A stretch of 64,000 nucleotides of DNA from Penicillus capitatus (GCA_965649825.1 OZ287702.1:1292786-1356785); one strand, 5' to 3'; numbered from the stretch's first letter, positions 12,803-25,276 are shown. Numbers and translations are program-made. The notes: generated by a model from the letters alone, not told the origin.

Positions 12803-12880
12803 CTAGCCGAGCAGTCGTCGTTGCGTTCGTGTCACATCGTGCGGCGCAATGAGGCAATATTTTCAAAACCATTTACGATG

Positions 12881-15533
12881 CTACAATAAAAAGTCAACAA
12901 TGGAGAGACGCGTCGGATCTTCTTTGAGCTTCTCCCATTCCTTGCACATGCCTCGCACATGTGCTGTACCCACAACGGCAACAATTCTTCTTTCGTGTGG
13001 CTGATGATTCTCATGGCCATTCTGAATTGGAAAGTACATACCGTCTCCTGTTCCCATGGGTGATGCCAGATGATGACTGTCCTCTGGCATGACAAATCGA
13101 CAGAAAACGCGACCGTCTTGCACATCTGGAACGTAAGCAGGGGCTCCGCTGCTCACCTCTGTTGTACCATGCAGCATCGGCGATGTGTTGAAAGGGAATG
13201 GTGCTTACGGGTGGCAGTCATGAAGAGATTGCGTGCCATGTACTGGTCGCGTTGGTTGATGACGGGATCCATTGCACCTGGCCAGCCCAGTAAGGCGTCC
13301 TCTCCGAAGAGTTTCAGTGTTGAGTCGATGTCGGACTGAATTGGAACCTTGACGCGTACAGCCTCCTCTATCTGATCCACGGATTGCACTGCAGAAGAAG
13401 AGTGACTCTGAGCAATTGTAAGATGGGAAAGCGCACATGAGAGCCATCCAATTTCGGCGTATGGACCAAGGACAGGCCATAGAAGCACGACACATCCAAT
13501 AAGCATCACCCACAAAGAATTGTCAGATAGTGCATCTGCCATTCGCTGTTACCGTAAGGTGCTCTATGTTTAGCTGCTAGTGTTACCTGGAAACCAGGAC
13601 TGTCGAGCAAGAGTGCCAACAGAGACGGCATAGGCGACAGCTAGAGCAAAACGTGCACCCATGCCTGCAAAAATGCTTTCGGCGATGCGTTTCTGACTCA
13701 CCTACGAAGCATGGACGCTGAATCGGATGCAGCGACTTAAGAGGCGAAAGGAACTTGCTCAGGAACATCGAACAGCTGGATTTGAGAGACAGCATTGCGT
13801 AAAGATGCTGTCATACCGACCCTCCATGCAGCGCCTGGGTCCACTCCGACTTTTCGTCCAGCATCTCCCTGGAACTTTCCATACAACGACGTCACTGCCA
13901 CTCCAAAGTACTCCGCAATTCCCTGCAGTCGTCTATACGACTCATAACAATGAAGATCTGATTACCTTCTTCTGTTCATCATCTCCTAGAATGAGTGGAG
14001 ACTCGTTGTCCGTCCACTCTCGCCACAAAATCGGCTTCTGCTTGAGATTCTCTACGAGTGATGCCGTGGCTTCGGCGTCTTGAGGATCCTGCCCTCTGTC
14101 TTCGTCGTTTCCTGTCAAGTTTTGCAGGACCTTGGTGGGAATCATCATTTTCTCCGAGAGCTTGAACGGTCGATTTGCTGGTCGAAAAGGCTCAATGCCC
14201 CATCCATAACCACCCTCTGCTCCTTCCTCGAATCCTACACCGATACCATCGCACGCAAGAAAAAGAGTCCCTCAGAGAACGCACCAGCAACAAGCAGTGG
14301 ATCTGTTTCTCTCCGTGCCCGAACGATGACCTCTGTCCTTCCTTGTGCTTCACCGCGGAAAATCGTTACAGCTTCATCCGCCCCTTGGCTTTGGCAGTAG
14401 TCCAGAATCGTCTTTCTCAACTTCAAATAGCAATTCAGACTGACAGTGCCTTCTTTGGACATATCGACAGCAGTCCTTGCCATGTCTTCGATCTTCGTTG
14501 GATCTAGTTGGTACTCCTTCAGACTGCTGTCGATACGAACAGTGATGCTGATGATAGGAGGCAGACTACGGTCCCTCATTTCGAACTCGACCGCACCCAG
14601 AGGGGGAATCGTCTGTACCTCCATTGCACCGTCTGCATCATCAGCATCCATCTGTCCTCATCTGCACGATCTGATAAGCATTACCTCTGTACCTTGCACT
14701 GAATGCAGGAGCTTCTTTTTCGTCCGCCCGTGAAAATGCGGGACGCCCTTTGCTGAAAAGACCTGTCATAAAAGGGATGTCCGGCAGAGAACATATGCTC
14801 GGTATCTTCCCACCTGTTCCCAGTAGCGTCAGAATGTCAGCCTCGATATCTTGTATCTGAATTGGCACGCCTTTTTTCGTCTTTAACAGGGATAGTACTT
14901 CTCTCGCATCTGGCCAGTCATCCGAAAAAGTACTGCCGATAATCGATATCTACAGCCAGATATGTGTCCAGATCAGAATCAGGATCTAAGAGATTATGTA
15001 GAACTTTTCGTGCTTGCCACGTCTGGGAGTCTTGAGTATTGCGATCGACCAACAATCCAACGCGATCTTTGCTCAGTTCCAGACAGACGACATCCGGGAC
15101 AACAGCATCGATCAAATCGTTTACCTGTTCACATACCAACATTCAGAATCCTATATAATGAGAAGAAGGTCGGAACCTGCTGACAAGAAACTTTCGAGAC
15201 GTGTGAGATGCCCAGCACGTAACAGTATGTCATCACTCCATCTTTTTCGACTGACAAAATCGCGACTGAATTCTCCAAAGAGGAAGGAATCGTGACTTTT
15301 GCCTAAACAGGATGCACATTGGAGTCATGAAGTAGCATTGAGGGAAAGGTCGAGGGGACGGCGGGGACACTAGTGGATAGACTGGCGGCCATGGTTGCAA
15401 TGTGACTTCTACCATGGCAACGAAGTCCAGGTCTTGAGCTGCGTGATATCCGCGTACTGCTGCGTCGAATTTGATGGATCCGCCAATTGACGAAACCATT
15501 CGCCGGACAACGGGTTTTGACAGAGCATTCCAT
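12881..15533 (-). CDS. TraB/PrgY-family protein with large internal insertion (POTRA-like) and transit-peptide-like N-terminus, multi-exon
   Basis: YVLGISHVSKVSCQQVNDLIDAVVPDVVCLELSKDR (N-part), KVGVDPGAAWR, VINQRDQYMARNL and RIVAVVGTAHVRGM (C-part) are TraB motifs. Confidence 0.85.
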
Positions 15534-17913
15534 GATCGGAGAGCGAAACGATTAAAGATCGCATGTTATTGTACGACAGAATGAGTTCGATAAACGAACG
15601 GCTAAAGTGATTAAATATTTCGATGCTCTTGCAGCGTTCTGCTACGATGGGTAATGAAATATGATTCGCGAGATTCTCGCACATGAAAGACAAGATCCCC
15701 ATCGTCATCGGCAACGTCGCCACGTGCCGAATGACTTTGAATCTGATTCGCGCACCTTTGCTCGGTAGATGTTTGTTTGAAAGCTCGCAAATGTGTACTC
15801 GTCGACTCGGTGGTAGTTTATCCCCGCAAAATTCATCATCACTCTTGCACTCTGCGATACCCAAACGATCAGTGTTTGCTTTGGGGCGAAATCCATTTCA
15901 TTCACAAAACGTAGAAAGGACACTCAATGTGTTTCATTGCTATTCTTACAATTTTGACGACGCTAAGCTTACTGTGATGGGGACCATCTGGAGTTGGATG
16001 AATGTCAATAACTACATTCAAAGTCTAACGTTTTTTTTTTGAATCCAACTCGGCCAAATCGCCGTTTGGATCGTTGCTCTTGTAGTCGCGATTGCAATTT
16101 TGCTTATGTACCGTATATAATCTATCGACGTGAAAAGCTTCTGGAACATATTTGGCAGCACAAGTTGTTTGACGTTGACTCATGATTGACAAATATGTCA
16201 CCCTTTGCAACCTTCTATATTACTCGTGTCTTTGTTTTCAGCTACCCTCTAGCAGAAAATCTCAAGTCTCCGCGTCTATCAGAGCTTTATACATGCGAAA
16301 CCGTGTTTGTCACACGAGGATTGCAAAACAAGAGCAATAGAGGAAGAATGATGAACATAGCTTAAACCAATGTGAAGTGCTGTGTTTCCTTACAGGTAAT
16401 TAATTGTCAACAGCTGTTACACAGAAGAAGTTATATCATCCACCTCCATGGGCTGAATAGTAGAGCTTTATCTCCGGAGTCTATCCCGAATTAGGGTCGA
16501 GTAACAATCTTAGCGTTGTTTGCTTTCGAGAGAAGAATACGTCGTTCGATGCATTCTTACGTAATTGGACAAAAACAATTAAGCGATTGTCTTCGTAATG
16601 AGTGTAGATCGTGGATTTAAGAACTCAGCTATGTGTAGTCTTCTTATGATCTCAAACATTCTTTCCTTAAAACAACGGTGCATACCTTCGAGGTGAAGAC
16701 TGCGATGACGTCACCATAAGACGAGAAAACATCCTGTCTTATGCATTATGGGACCAGCCACAGAGAAGGACGCAGAAAATGGAAAGCTCTGTTTTCATGG
16801 CAGATACCAAGAAGACGATACAGTGAGACATCGAACCCGTACCTTCGTTGTCGTCCGTTTCATGGAGCGCAGAGAAGGATACCCAGAGGGCAACAGTGTA
16901 CATCGAAGGCATATCAACCTTCCGCCGGTGACAACGGCATCCTTTGCCAGTTCCAAACGATAGATGCGCACTCGTTGAGTTCGAACACTCCAGACAGACC
17001 AACACAACAAACCCCCCAGAGTTGCGGAAGAATCTACGACGGCGACAATCGACCTTGAGGCCTTTCCTACTCCTATTTTCTCGCCCGTCTGGCACATCGT
17101 GTACTAGACAGTCTACGCGGAAAGAAAATGCGCCACGTCGATGGAGACGGAAGCGACTTGCAAAGCGTTTTCAAAAACACATCCGTCATCTACAGTATAT
17201 CTTTCACTTGTACGCCCGCTTCAGTCAGCCGACGCACGTTCAACGCACGCACCATTCCATCGTGTTAATGCCATCATTAAATGACGTCGCCCAATGGTCA
17301 AGTCTTCTTTGTGCATCGGTTGGGACACTCACTCACTGAGTCTCTTCGCCAAACAAGAATAGAACCCAACGATGCAGATCGTCTGGACATCCCTTGAGTT
17401 TGGCAAACAGGGAAAACATCTGTCGCGTCATGATCTTGTCAGCACCGTATTTAACCCCGTACTGCCTCCCTACTCACAGAATCACAGTGCCACACGTTCA
17501 TGAGCTCCTAAACTCCTTTCAAGAAACCCAAAGCGCCGTACAGCTCGTGACCACATCTGTCAAAAGGGAACGAGTCGATCAGATAAATAACAGGCCATTA
17601 TAACATTAGGTTTTATTTCTGAATGCAATCCAACGCGCTTCGACAACTTTGAGAAGTCTCCGCGACGCATTAGCATTTTACATCCACCCACCTTTTCTTA
17701 ATAGTCAAGCGTAACTTGTCGAAAAGACAACACAGCGCCTCTTGTAGGCTTCTCCAACAGACGCGCTTCCTGGTGATCAAGATTAACCGGCGGCATGAGT
17801 GAAAACCGCGTTTTGCCTAGTTCCTGCTGAGCCAACTCGTCCAGACCGATAGAAGTGAATTCAGCTGTTTACTTGTCGACCAAAGGACAATTTTCAAAAA
17901 GGCCAGTGAAGAC

Positions 17914-19539
17914 ATGGCGTTCATCCTAAGAAGTGCGCGACACTAAGTGGTCAGTCTGTTGAGTAACGCGGATTTTTATGCTGCAGGGATTATGTCCAAG
18001 AACCGCACGCGTTATACAGAAAACGGATTCGATCTGGATTTGTGTTATGTGACGGACCATATCATCGCGATGGGATATCCAGCCGAGTGGGGTCAAGGTA
18101 AAGAACGAGGTCTGATGTGACAAGGCAATGTTTATGGGTCTACAGGGCTGTTCCGCAATCCACGTTCCGAAGTTTTGCGACTTTTGGAGACGAAGCACGG
18201 GGGACATTATCGTGTGTACAATCTCTGCGAAGAAAAGACCTACGATCCACAGACTCTGGGAGGCAACGTTGTTAGATTTCCATTCGGAGACCAACAGGTA
18301 AAGCCTCTCGTTGAGCTGCATTTGTGATGAAGAGCATCTGTGGCGCAGGCTCCCTCTTTGGGAATGATTGTTGATTTCTGCCAAGATGCAGAGCAATGGT
18401 TGCTGGCTGATCCACAGAACACAGTGGTCGTCCATTGCAAGGCAGGAAAGGGGAGAACAGGGATAATGATATGTGCTCTTCTTATGCACATGGTACGGCA
18501 GAACAGACCAAAGTGTGAAATCTCACTCTTTTTGGATGCCAGGAGAAATGTGGATTACCCGGACAAGCTCTCGAGTTGTTTGCCAACAGACGCACAACTG
18601 ATGGAGCCGGTGTCACCATTCCCAGTCAAAGAAGGTGCGAAACGCGCTGTGTGACAACACTTGTGGGAAATGCAGACTTACAGATACATTATCTATTTTC
18701 ATTATTTACTCAGTGGCAAGGGATCTGTCCATTCGTCCACTGCATTGACGCTTCAGCAGATACAGTTAACTCGTCTGCCGAAGCAAATGCTGTCACGGTT
18801 GTTGGTATGTCTGTGGGTTCGTGATAGCATTACCTGCGAACATACTCTTTTGGCCGAAATTCGATCAGGGAATGCTGGAAGACGCAATGGTGATGCACTG
18901 CTGATGAATGTTGACCTCACGTTTGTCTGTCTGTACATGACAGTTCAGTCTATGAGATGCACATCCCCTTCGTGTGGTCACTCAGTCATCGGGCACTTAC
19001 CGGATGGAAAGAAGTATCATCTGCTGATCGAAAGTCAAAATCTTTACATCGTTTTTGAAAACGATGTTGGCTCTAATACTGAGTGGAGGGTTCGTGGTGA
19101 CCTCAAAATCCAAGTCTATCAGATCGTCCTGATGTGACAGCAGCAGTTGCTCATGCTTTGCAGGTATTCGAGGAGACTCTGTCGAAGCGTAGTTCGTTGT
19201 TCTTTACGTGGATGAATACGAGCTACATTAAGGAACCACATGTTGTCTTAAGAAAACACGAAATGGATAAAGTGCGGACCGCTTTGACCTTTGGCTGGAA
19301 AGACGTTGCATCTCGGTGCCTAGGTGAACAGCCGCTTATCATCACAAGCTCAACTGAAGGTTTCCTTTTCTGGAGTTCCGGAATCTTTTTCTGCGATTCC
19401 GGAAAATATGCAACCGCACGAGAGCAACAATTTTCTCCATTCCGACGAACATCTGTCGCCACTTGCAACCTCGGAAAACGACTACTCTACAGGAAGCCAA
19501 CACTTCTTGCCGCCAGGTATCTATCACACTTGCCGATAA
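17914..19539 (+). CDS. PTEN: PTEN-like phosphoinositide phosphatase (phosphatase + C2), copy 1, multi-exon
   Basis: [43 protein letters not shown], catalytic VHCKAGKGRTG, TIPSQRRY, GDLKIQVF, LFFTWMNTSYI. Confidence 0.93.
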
Positions 19540-20957
19540 GTTACTTTGGAAACGCGTGACGTGATGCATATTCTTCCTCCGATTATATGCTTCTGCATTT
19601 TCGTCTCTCTTTCAATCGAGACGCTAAATGTGACAGAGTCCACCTCAGCCGCTTTCGTCGTAAGGGTCTCTGCCGAAATGATTGCATAGCGCTGCCGGCT
19701 AATGGGTTTCTATGGCCCCGTCTATTCCACGATTCGTTTACTTTTTGCTTCTGCATGTCGAAGAGCTTATGACTCAGTAGCGACGATGACCGCCCTTCTG
19801 ATTATCACCTCTGCGAGCATCTGTCTATTTTCCTTTCCACCAACTCAGCTGGCGTTATCTACTCTGGTAGAGAGTAGCGGGGGTTACAAGCACAAAGACA
19901 GCATCGTTTCTGTCCTACCCAAATGGCGATTCTTGTGTATCTGTCAGCCATATCTTTGCAATTGATCCCATAGATGTTATGCGGCATCAAGGCGCTAGGT
20001 TACTGAGTCATGTGTGATGTAGTTGTTCCGACATCTTCAGCTTCTCTGCAACAGCCAGAAATTGACGATTCGATGTCTTCCGGAAGTGCCCTATCCTCTG
20101 CCCTGACATCAGATGTGACCATTCCTCTTTTCTCATCGGACGCGACGGATACATCATGGAAGAATTTAAACATCATCTGGGATCGTTTTTGGATGCGTAT
20201 TTGAGCTGAAAATACGAATCTCTCGCAGTCATGTTCTGCAGGTTAGAGCATCGTAGATCTTTCACTCCCTTAGCGTCTATGTCTGCCTGAATAGTGACTA
20301 CAGATCTGATAAGGCATGCATAGTTTTGTCCGCTATCTCTCTAGCCTTACAGAATTATCCGTTCCACCAAAAATGGAATAGAGTTTACCAAATTCACACG
20401 GCGGTATTTGTCTTTCGTCCCTTTGGAACTCGGTTGAGGAGATGGACGACTCAGATGGTGTGAAGTTTGAGGTTCTTGAAGTTGCCTGTGCCTTCGTAGC
20501 GTGTAGCCATTTGAAGAAGTCGGTGTAGGTTGCAGTTTTGATCAGTCCCGTGGATAATTCTCAATGCTCATTGGGTCGATTCGTATAGATAGACACCACG
20601 CCTTACCAATGCATACGCTCTCCTCTCTCGTACGCAATCTCAAATCCCCTACTCGCTTGGGCACGAACTCTCGTTTTCGGTTTTTAATTCAGTAAGGTGT
20701 GGATCTCGATGCTATCAACTTGACGCATTTCGTGCATATACATGTACAAGCATCTACCCACTTCAACGCGGTCGTCTGGCTTGACTGTTGGGTTTTCGCG
20801 TACGAGGAGCCGTCTATTATAAGCGTTTATTTCTATATGAGATGGACGCTATTTCTGTACTCTTTCATGCGTCCGTTCGCGTGAAAAGACGCGAGAATCG
20901 TCTGCGAGGTGAACAAACGGCAAGCGTTCGGGGAATCGACGACAGAAGCTGGAGTAC

Positions 20958-21450
20958 TTGAATAAATTCAGTGTAGATCGGACGAGACAGAAACCCACGC
21001 AGATTGACAGTAGACTGCGCGATAGACGAGATCCGTGCATATCGCTTCACAAATACGGAGTCTTGACAGCGCCCCTTTCGACGGGAGCAGTTGTTTCGAA
21101 GAGCAGTCTTGCATCATTCATCCATATCAGGTGCATGACTGTGAGAAACGTAAAGAGTCTCGACACATACGTCAATACAGAGTAAAATGCCTGCGACGCC
21201 TGAAACAACTCGGCCGACGAAAAGCATTCTTTGCCGTGGAGTAGAGCGAGATTTTCGCGTCGCGGACGGCCTGCATACGAAATCGAGGGATGCTGCCTGC
21301 ACCGGGAAGCATTTGTGTACACGACACAGCTACGGTTACTCGAGTGCCGTCAAGCTGTATGAACCATTTCTTCGAGGCTATGGGTCAGTGCTTCACAAAT
21401 CGATCGAGGAAACATCGAAGAGCTACGCAAAGAATCCATCCACATTTTGC
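20958..21450 (+). mobile_element. Possible decayed, internally deleted Tc1/IS630-like transposase remnant
   Basis: In order across frameshifts and stops: VSKSSLASFIH (HTH-like), YRVKCLRRLKQ, PGSICVHDTA..FFEAMG (second catalytic D context), KSIEE; spacing is shorter than in intact DDE domains. Confidence 0.35.
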
Positions 21451-21471
21451 ACCAAGAGGGATAAAGAATCG

Positions 21472-23509
21472 TCAGGTCGCAAGATCCCACTTCAAAATCG
21501 CTTTATGAGCATCTTTTGCAAGAGCTCCTCGAATGGCCTCTTTGATTCCTGCCTGTTTTCTATCGATCCGTTCATTCTCAGAGATGTCTTTCTCGGCCGC
21601 CGCCCACGACTGCTGTAATACCTTCATCCGAGAAGCAGTGATCACTGAATGCGATCTCAAGTCTCTTACGTTTGTGGCCTTTAGGGTCATGGCTAAATCA
21701 CCTTGGCACTCAAAACATCGTCTTGCACGGTCGAGTACTCCCCTGACTGGTCCTGCGATTCCCTCATCGAGTTGGATCTGACCGGACAGAAGACAGATGT
21801 GTCCAACGAGCTCAAGCGGCATATCTTCCTCTTCTGTTTTTTCTAAAGCTTTGCGTAGGTGATGTCTCGCTTCGAGCGAGTTGCCTTGGACCTCACTAAT
21901 CAATCCTGTCCCCGCACCATTGGGTTGCGTACAGAGAGATCGGTGTGGTACCTGCCTGATACAAGGAAGAAGAGAGCATTTTCGCTGTGAGCGGTCGTGG
22001 TGTCGTTTTTGAAGCTGTCCATCAAACCCAAAGCGCGAGAGAGCCCATTCCTAGATCGACTGACAATCTCGGCAAATGCCGCCAGGAGTGAGCCACGTTT
22101 GAGCCATGAACCTTCCAGATGGCTCAGAGAACGGCGATAATGTGCCGCCGCCAGTTTGTGCAGACCCATGCACTGCAGATAACATCCAATCAAACAATGC
22201 ATCGGCGCTCTGCAAACAGCAAGTTCCGGAACCCAGACAGCTGCTGCATCTCATGCACACTTGAGCTGAACGAAGAGCGTGGGATGGCGTTCAAAGCGTG
22301 CGAGGAGTTCCGACAATGTGTCTTGTGCCTGACTGAGCCTATTGGATAATAGATTCTGTCTCGTCTTGATCTCCAATGCCGCAAATTCGAAAACCGTTTC
22401 CCGTTCCGTCTCGCTTTCCAGTAGATCTGGAGCAAGGGGACTGTTGGATAACAGCTGTGACGTGTCCAGCAGTTGTGCAGATTGGTCCATCTGTCCTCTC
22501 TGCAAGAGAATCGTTGCGAAATTTGACAACAGAGCGCAGCGGATTTCTTTCAAGGATAGCCATCTGAACGGATCAAGCCAGTCGCCGCTGCTGAGAAGCT
22601 GCAGACAGTGATGCATCTCATCCGGCAACGATGCGTCCGTGTTCATCGAAACGACTATGGATTTCTGGACAAACGTCGAATGATCGCCCGTTTGCAAGAC
22701 GAGAGTGGACGCAATGAGGGAACGGTACAGGTGTCCTGCTTTTCGGAGGTCCGGCGAAAGCGGATTTGCAGTTCTGCTCAGTCGAGATGTCAAATCACAG
22801 AGTGCGCTCTCCGTGGCCGATATGTCGCCATCGTGTAAACTCTGGAGAGAGCGCACAATCGGAATCCACACCTAGAAGTTGTTATTCCAGCTTCAGTACA
22901 CCTTCCAGCTGTTAAGGCCTCACGCACTTCGTAGTCCTCTAGCCCACATTCGCCGGCAGCTTTCTCGGCCTGCTGCAGAGATTCCAACGCCACGGCACTA
23001 TTCCCATCCGCGGCTGCTGCTCGAAAAAGACCCACAGCGAAGCAGCAGTGCCACTCATTTCTCTCGATTCTAGAGCAATATATCCCGTTCGTCTATCGTC
23101 CTGATAGATCTAACACCGGTTGACAGATGACAGGTCCGTATCCTGACAGATCTCCAATCCCTTCCGATAGCACTGTATCTGATGGCGTCGTTCCTTCGCT
23201 AAGTAGCAGCAGTGTCCAAGATGCAACAGCGTTCGGCATTTTATCACAAATCCATCTCGCAACGACATCACAGCCGCCCTCTGTCATTTACAGCATCAAA
23301 GATGGCCTCTTGGGTATCCAGCCTACGGCTTTTAATGCGTGATCCTTGGCGCGGTTGAGATTGTGGGTGTGCTCCAGAAGCGTCTGCGAGAGGCGCAAGT
23401 GCCGTTCGGCCATCTCGTGTGGTAACGTCTTCTCTTCGCAGAGCGCGTCGAGAAGTTGAATCCCGAGCCCCACGTTTCCTTCGTCGATCAGTCGTGCCGC
23501 AATGTCCAT
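21472..23509 (-). CDS. MAU2: MAU2/SCC4 cohesin-loader subunit (TPR-like), multi-exon
   Basis: N-terminal motif GIQLLDALC..EMAERHLRLSQTLLEHTHNLNRAKDHALKA is characteristic of MAU2/Scc4; helical repeat exons continue to 21472. Confidence 0.8.
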
Positions 23510-23699
23510 CGCACAGAGGATTGTCGTCACGCGCCGTTTGCACCGCCCGACCGTTCACGTCACTTCGCTCGAGGGTTGCCCTTTACATCACAAGTGGTCT
23601 GCTGGCTGAACGACGCCGTCCGCCAATCTTCTTTCCGTTTTTGGAGTGCGCGTCTCTTCCCTTTTCCGCCGTTCCTTTTTAGCTACATTTTACAAACCC

Positions 23700-25050
23700 G
23701 ACGATGACAAGTCAGAATGCGGTGCGAGGATGTCTGTCGGAACTATTCAAAGGAGGCGCCGAACCACAGCCGGTCTATTGCGACTCACTGACCGCGAATC
23801 TCTGCGAGCAACCTCAGGAGAATGCACAAACATACAGTCCCGTTGCGCGGAACAGGTGCATGTCCGTTTGGGCGAGATGGGCACGTTGTCAAGAGTGTTT
23901 ACTGTTGTCTCAGGAGCGCTCCGTTTGATATCTGTTCGGAGCTTAATCAGATTTTTGCTGGTGCTAACCCTGGGACGGAACGGTCGTCTGTGTTTGGGCT
24001 TTCTCCACCGGTCCGTGCTTCGAACCCCCTTTGTCGAGACGCACATTTTCGACGTTTTACCAAAACACACACAACGAGCAGCAACGCCCAAAAGATCCCT
24101 GTTCAGGATAGGGCATTTACCCTGGAGCTTCACACAAAATGTGTAAACTAATTGACAGGGACATTCATCATGCATCATCGCCGCATCCCTGTCTATTTTC
24201 TTGGCCGGTAGAATCGCGGTCATGTGCAGAACACCAATCATTTTTCCCTTTTCCTTTTGAAGAAAGGAGTCGTCTAGAAAAAGAAAGCATTAGAAAAAAA
24301 TCACTGAAAACCGCACTTCTGTCGTTGTCGTTGTTGTTATGGTTGTTGTTGTTATTGTCGTTCTCCAAGTCGTTGTCGGTATTCATGAAACTGTCTGAAT
24401 CTTTGATAGGCGTCTCCGACAAACATCCGGATGCGCCCTTTGCACAACCGTGCTTTATTGAATACGTCATAATTCCTGTTCCAACCTGATGATCGATTGA
24501 TCGAGCGAGCGAGTAACTGAATGCACAGAAACTATAGCATCAACAGTTAAGGGATCAATAGATGGGATGAGCGGATGATTGGACGATGACGAATTTGTGT
24601 CTCTTACGGGCTGTATAGGGTAGACAGGTTTGCGGGTGGTCGCTGCCGGTGTGAGCGCATTGTCCGTGTGTGTAAGCAGCTGGACTGTGTGACTGGGCAT
24701 TGGATTAAGAGGGACTGCCAGTAACATGTCTCTGAAACTCTTTGTAAAAAGATGTATAATAGACGGTATCAACCGCAGAGGAATCTGTGCTTATGAAACG
24801 AAATACATCAATGTTAGGCAGCTCAACGCATGTGTCAGCATCCGGGACAGGGAGACACATTCCTAAAACCATGCTTTGTCCAAAAAAACCATTAAAGGCA
24901 TTCGCTACGGACGTCACACAAAACACCAGCGAGACTGGAATCTAGCAATTCAAGTACAAGGGATTAAACCGAGAGATGTTGAATGGAGTAGAATAGAGAA
25001 TGGTTCACATGTGTCGTCGGGTCAAGGCGAGACAGACTTTATCAACCGTC
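23700..25050 (-). CDS. Candidate single-pass membrane protein of unknown function
   Basis: Signal-like IPVSLVFCVTSVANA (about 24900), Asn-rich linker, and an exon encoding GIFWALLLVVCVLV followed by KRRK (about 24040-24100); splicing not fully resolved. Confidence 0.35.
24331..24362. repeat. Imperfect (GTT/GTC)n microsatellite encoding an Asn/Asp run on the minus strand
   Basis: Sequence gttgttgttatggttgttgttgttattgtcg within a longer GTC/GTT-rich tract; minus translation NDNNNNNHNNNDND. Confidence 0.7.
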
Positions 25051-25276
25051 CCAGCAAACTTGAAGATGTCACAACATGGAACAGAAAACGAAATGCTAGG
25101 CACTAAATAATTCAGGCGGCCCATAACCGGGAATCTTTCTTTTAAGCCGAATGCACGGAGAAGAAGTCTTTATTGGTTTCTTCGAAAAAAGTTGTTCGAA
25201 TGGAAGGGAGGGAGGAAGGAAAAAGAGTTCCCGTTATGCAATTGCAGGATGCATTAGGTATACAGACTACGGAACA

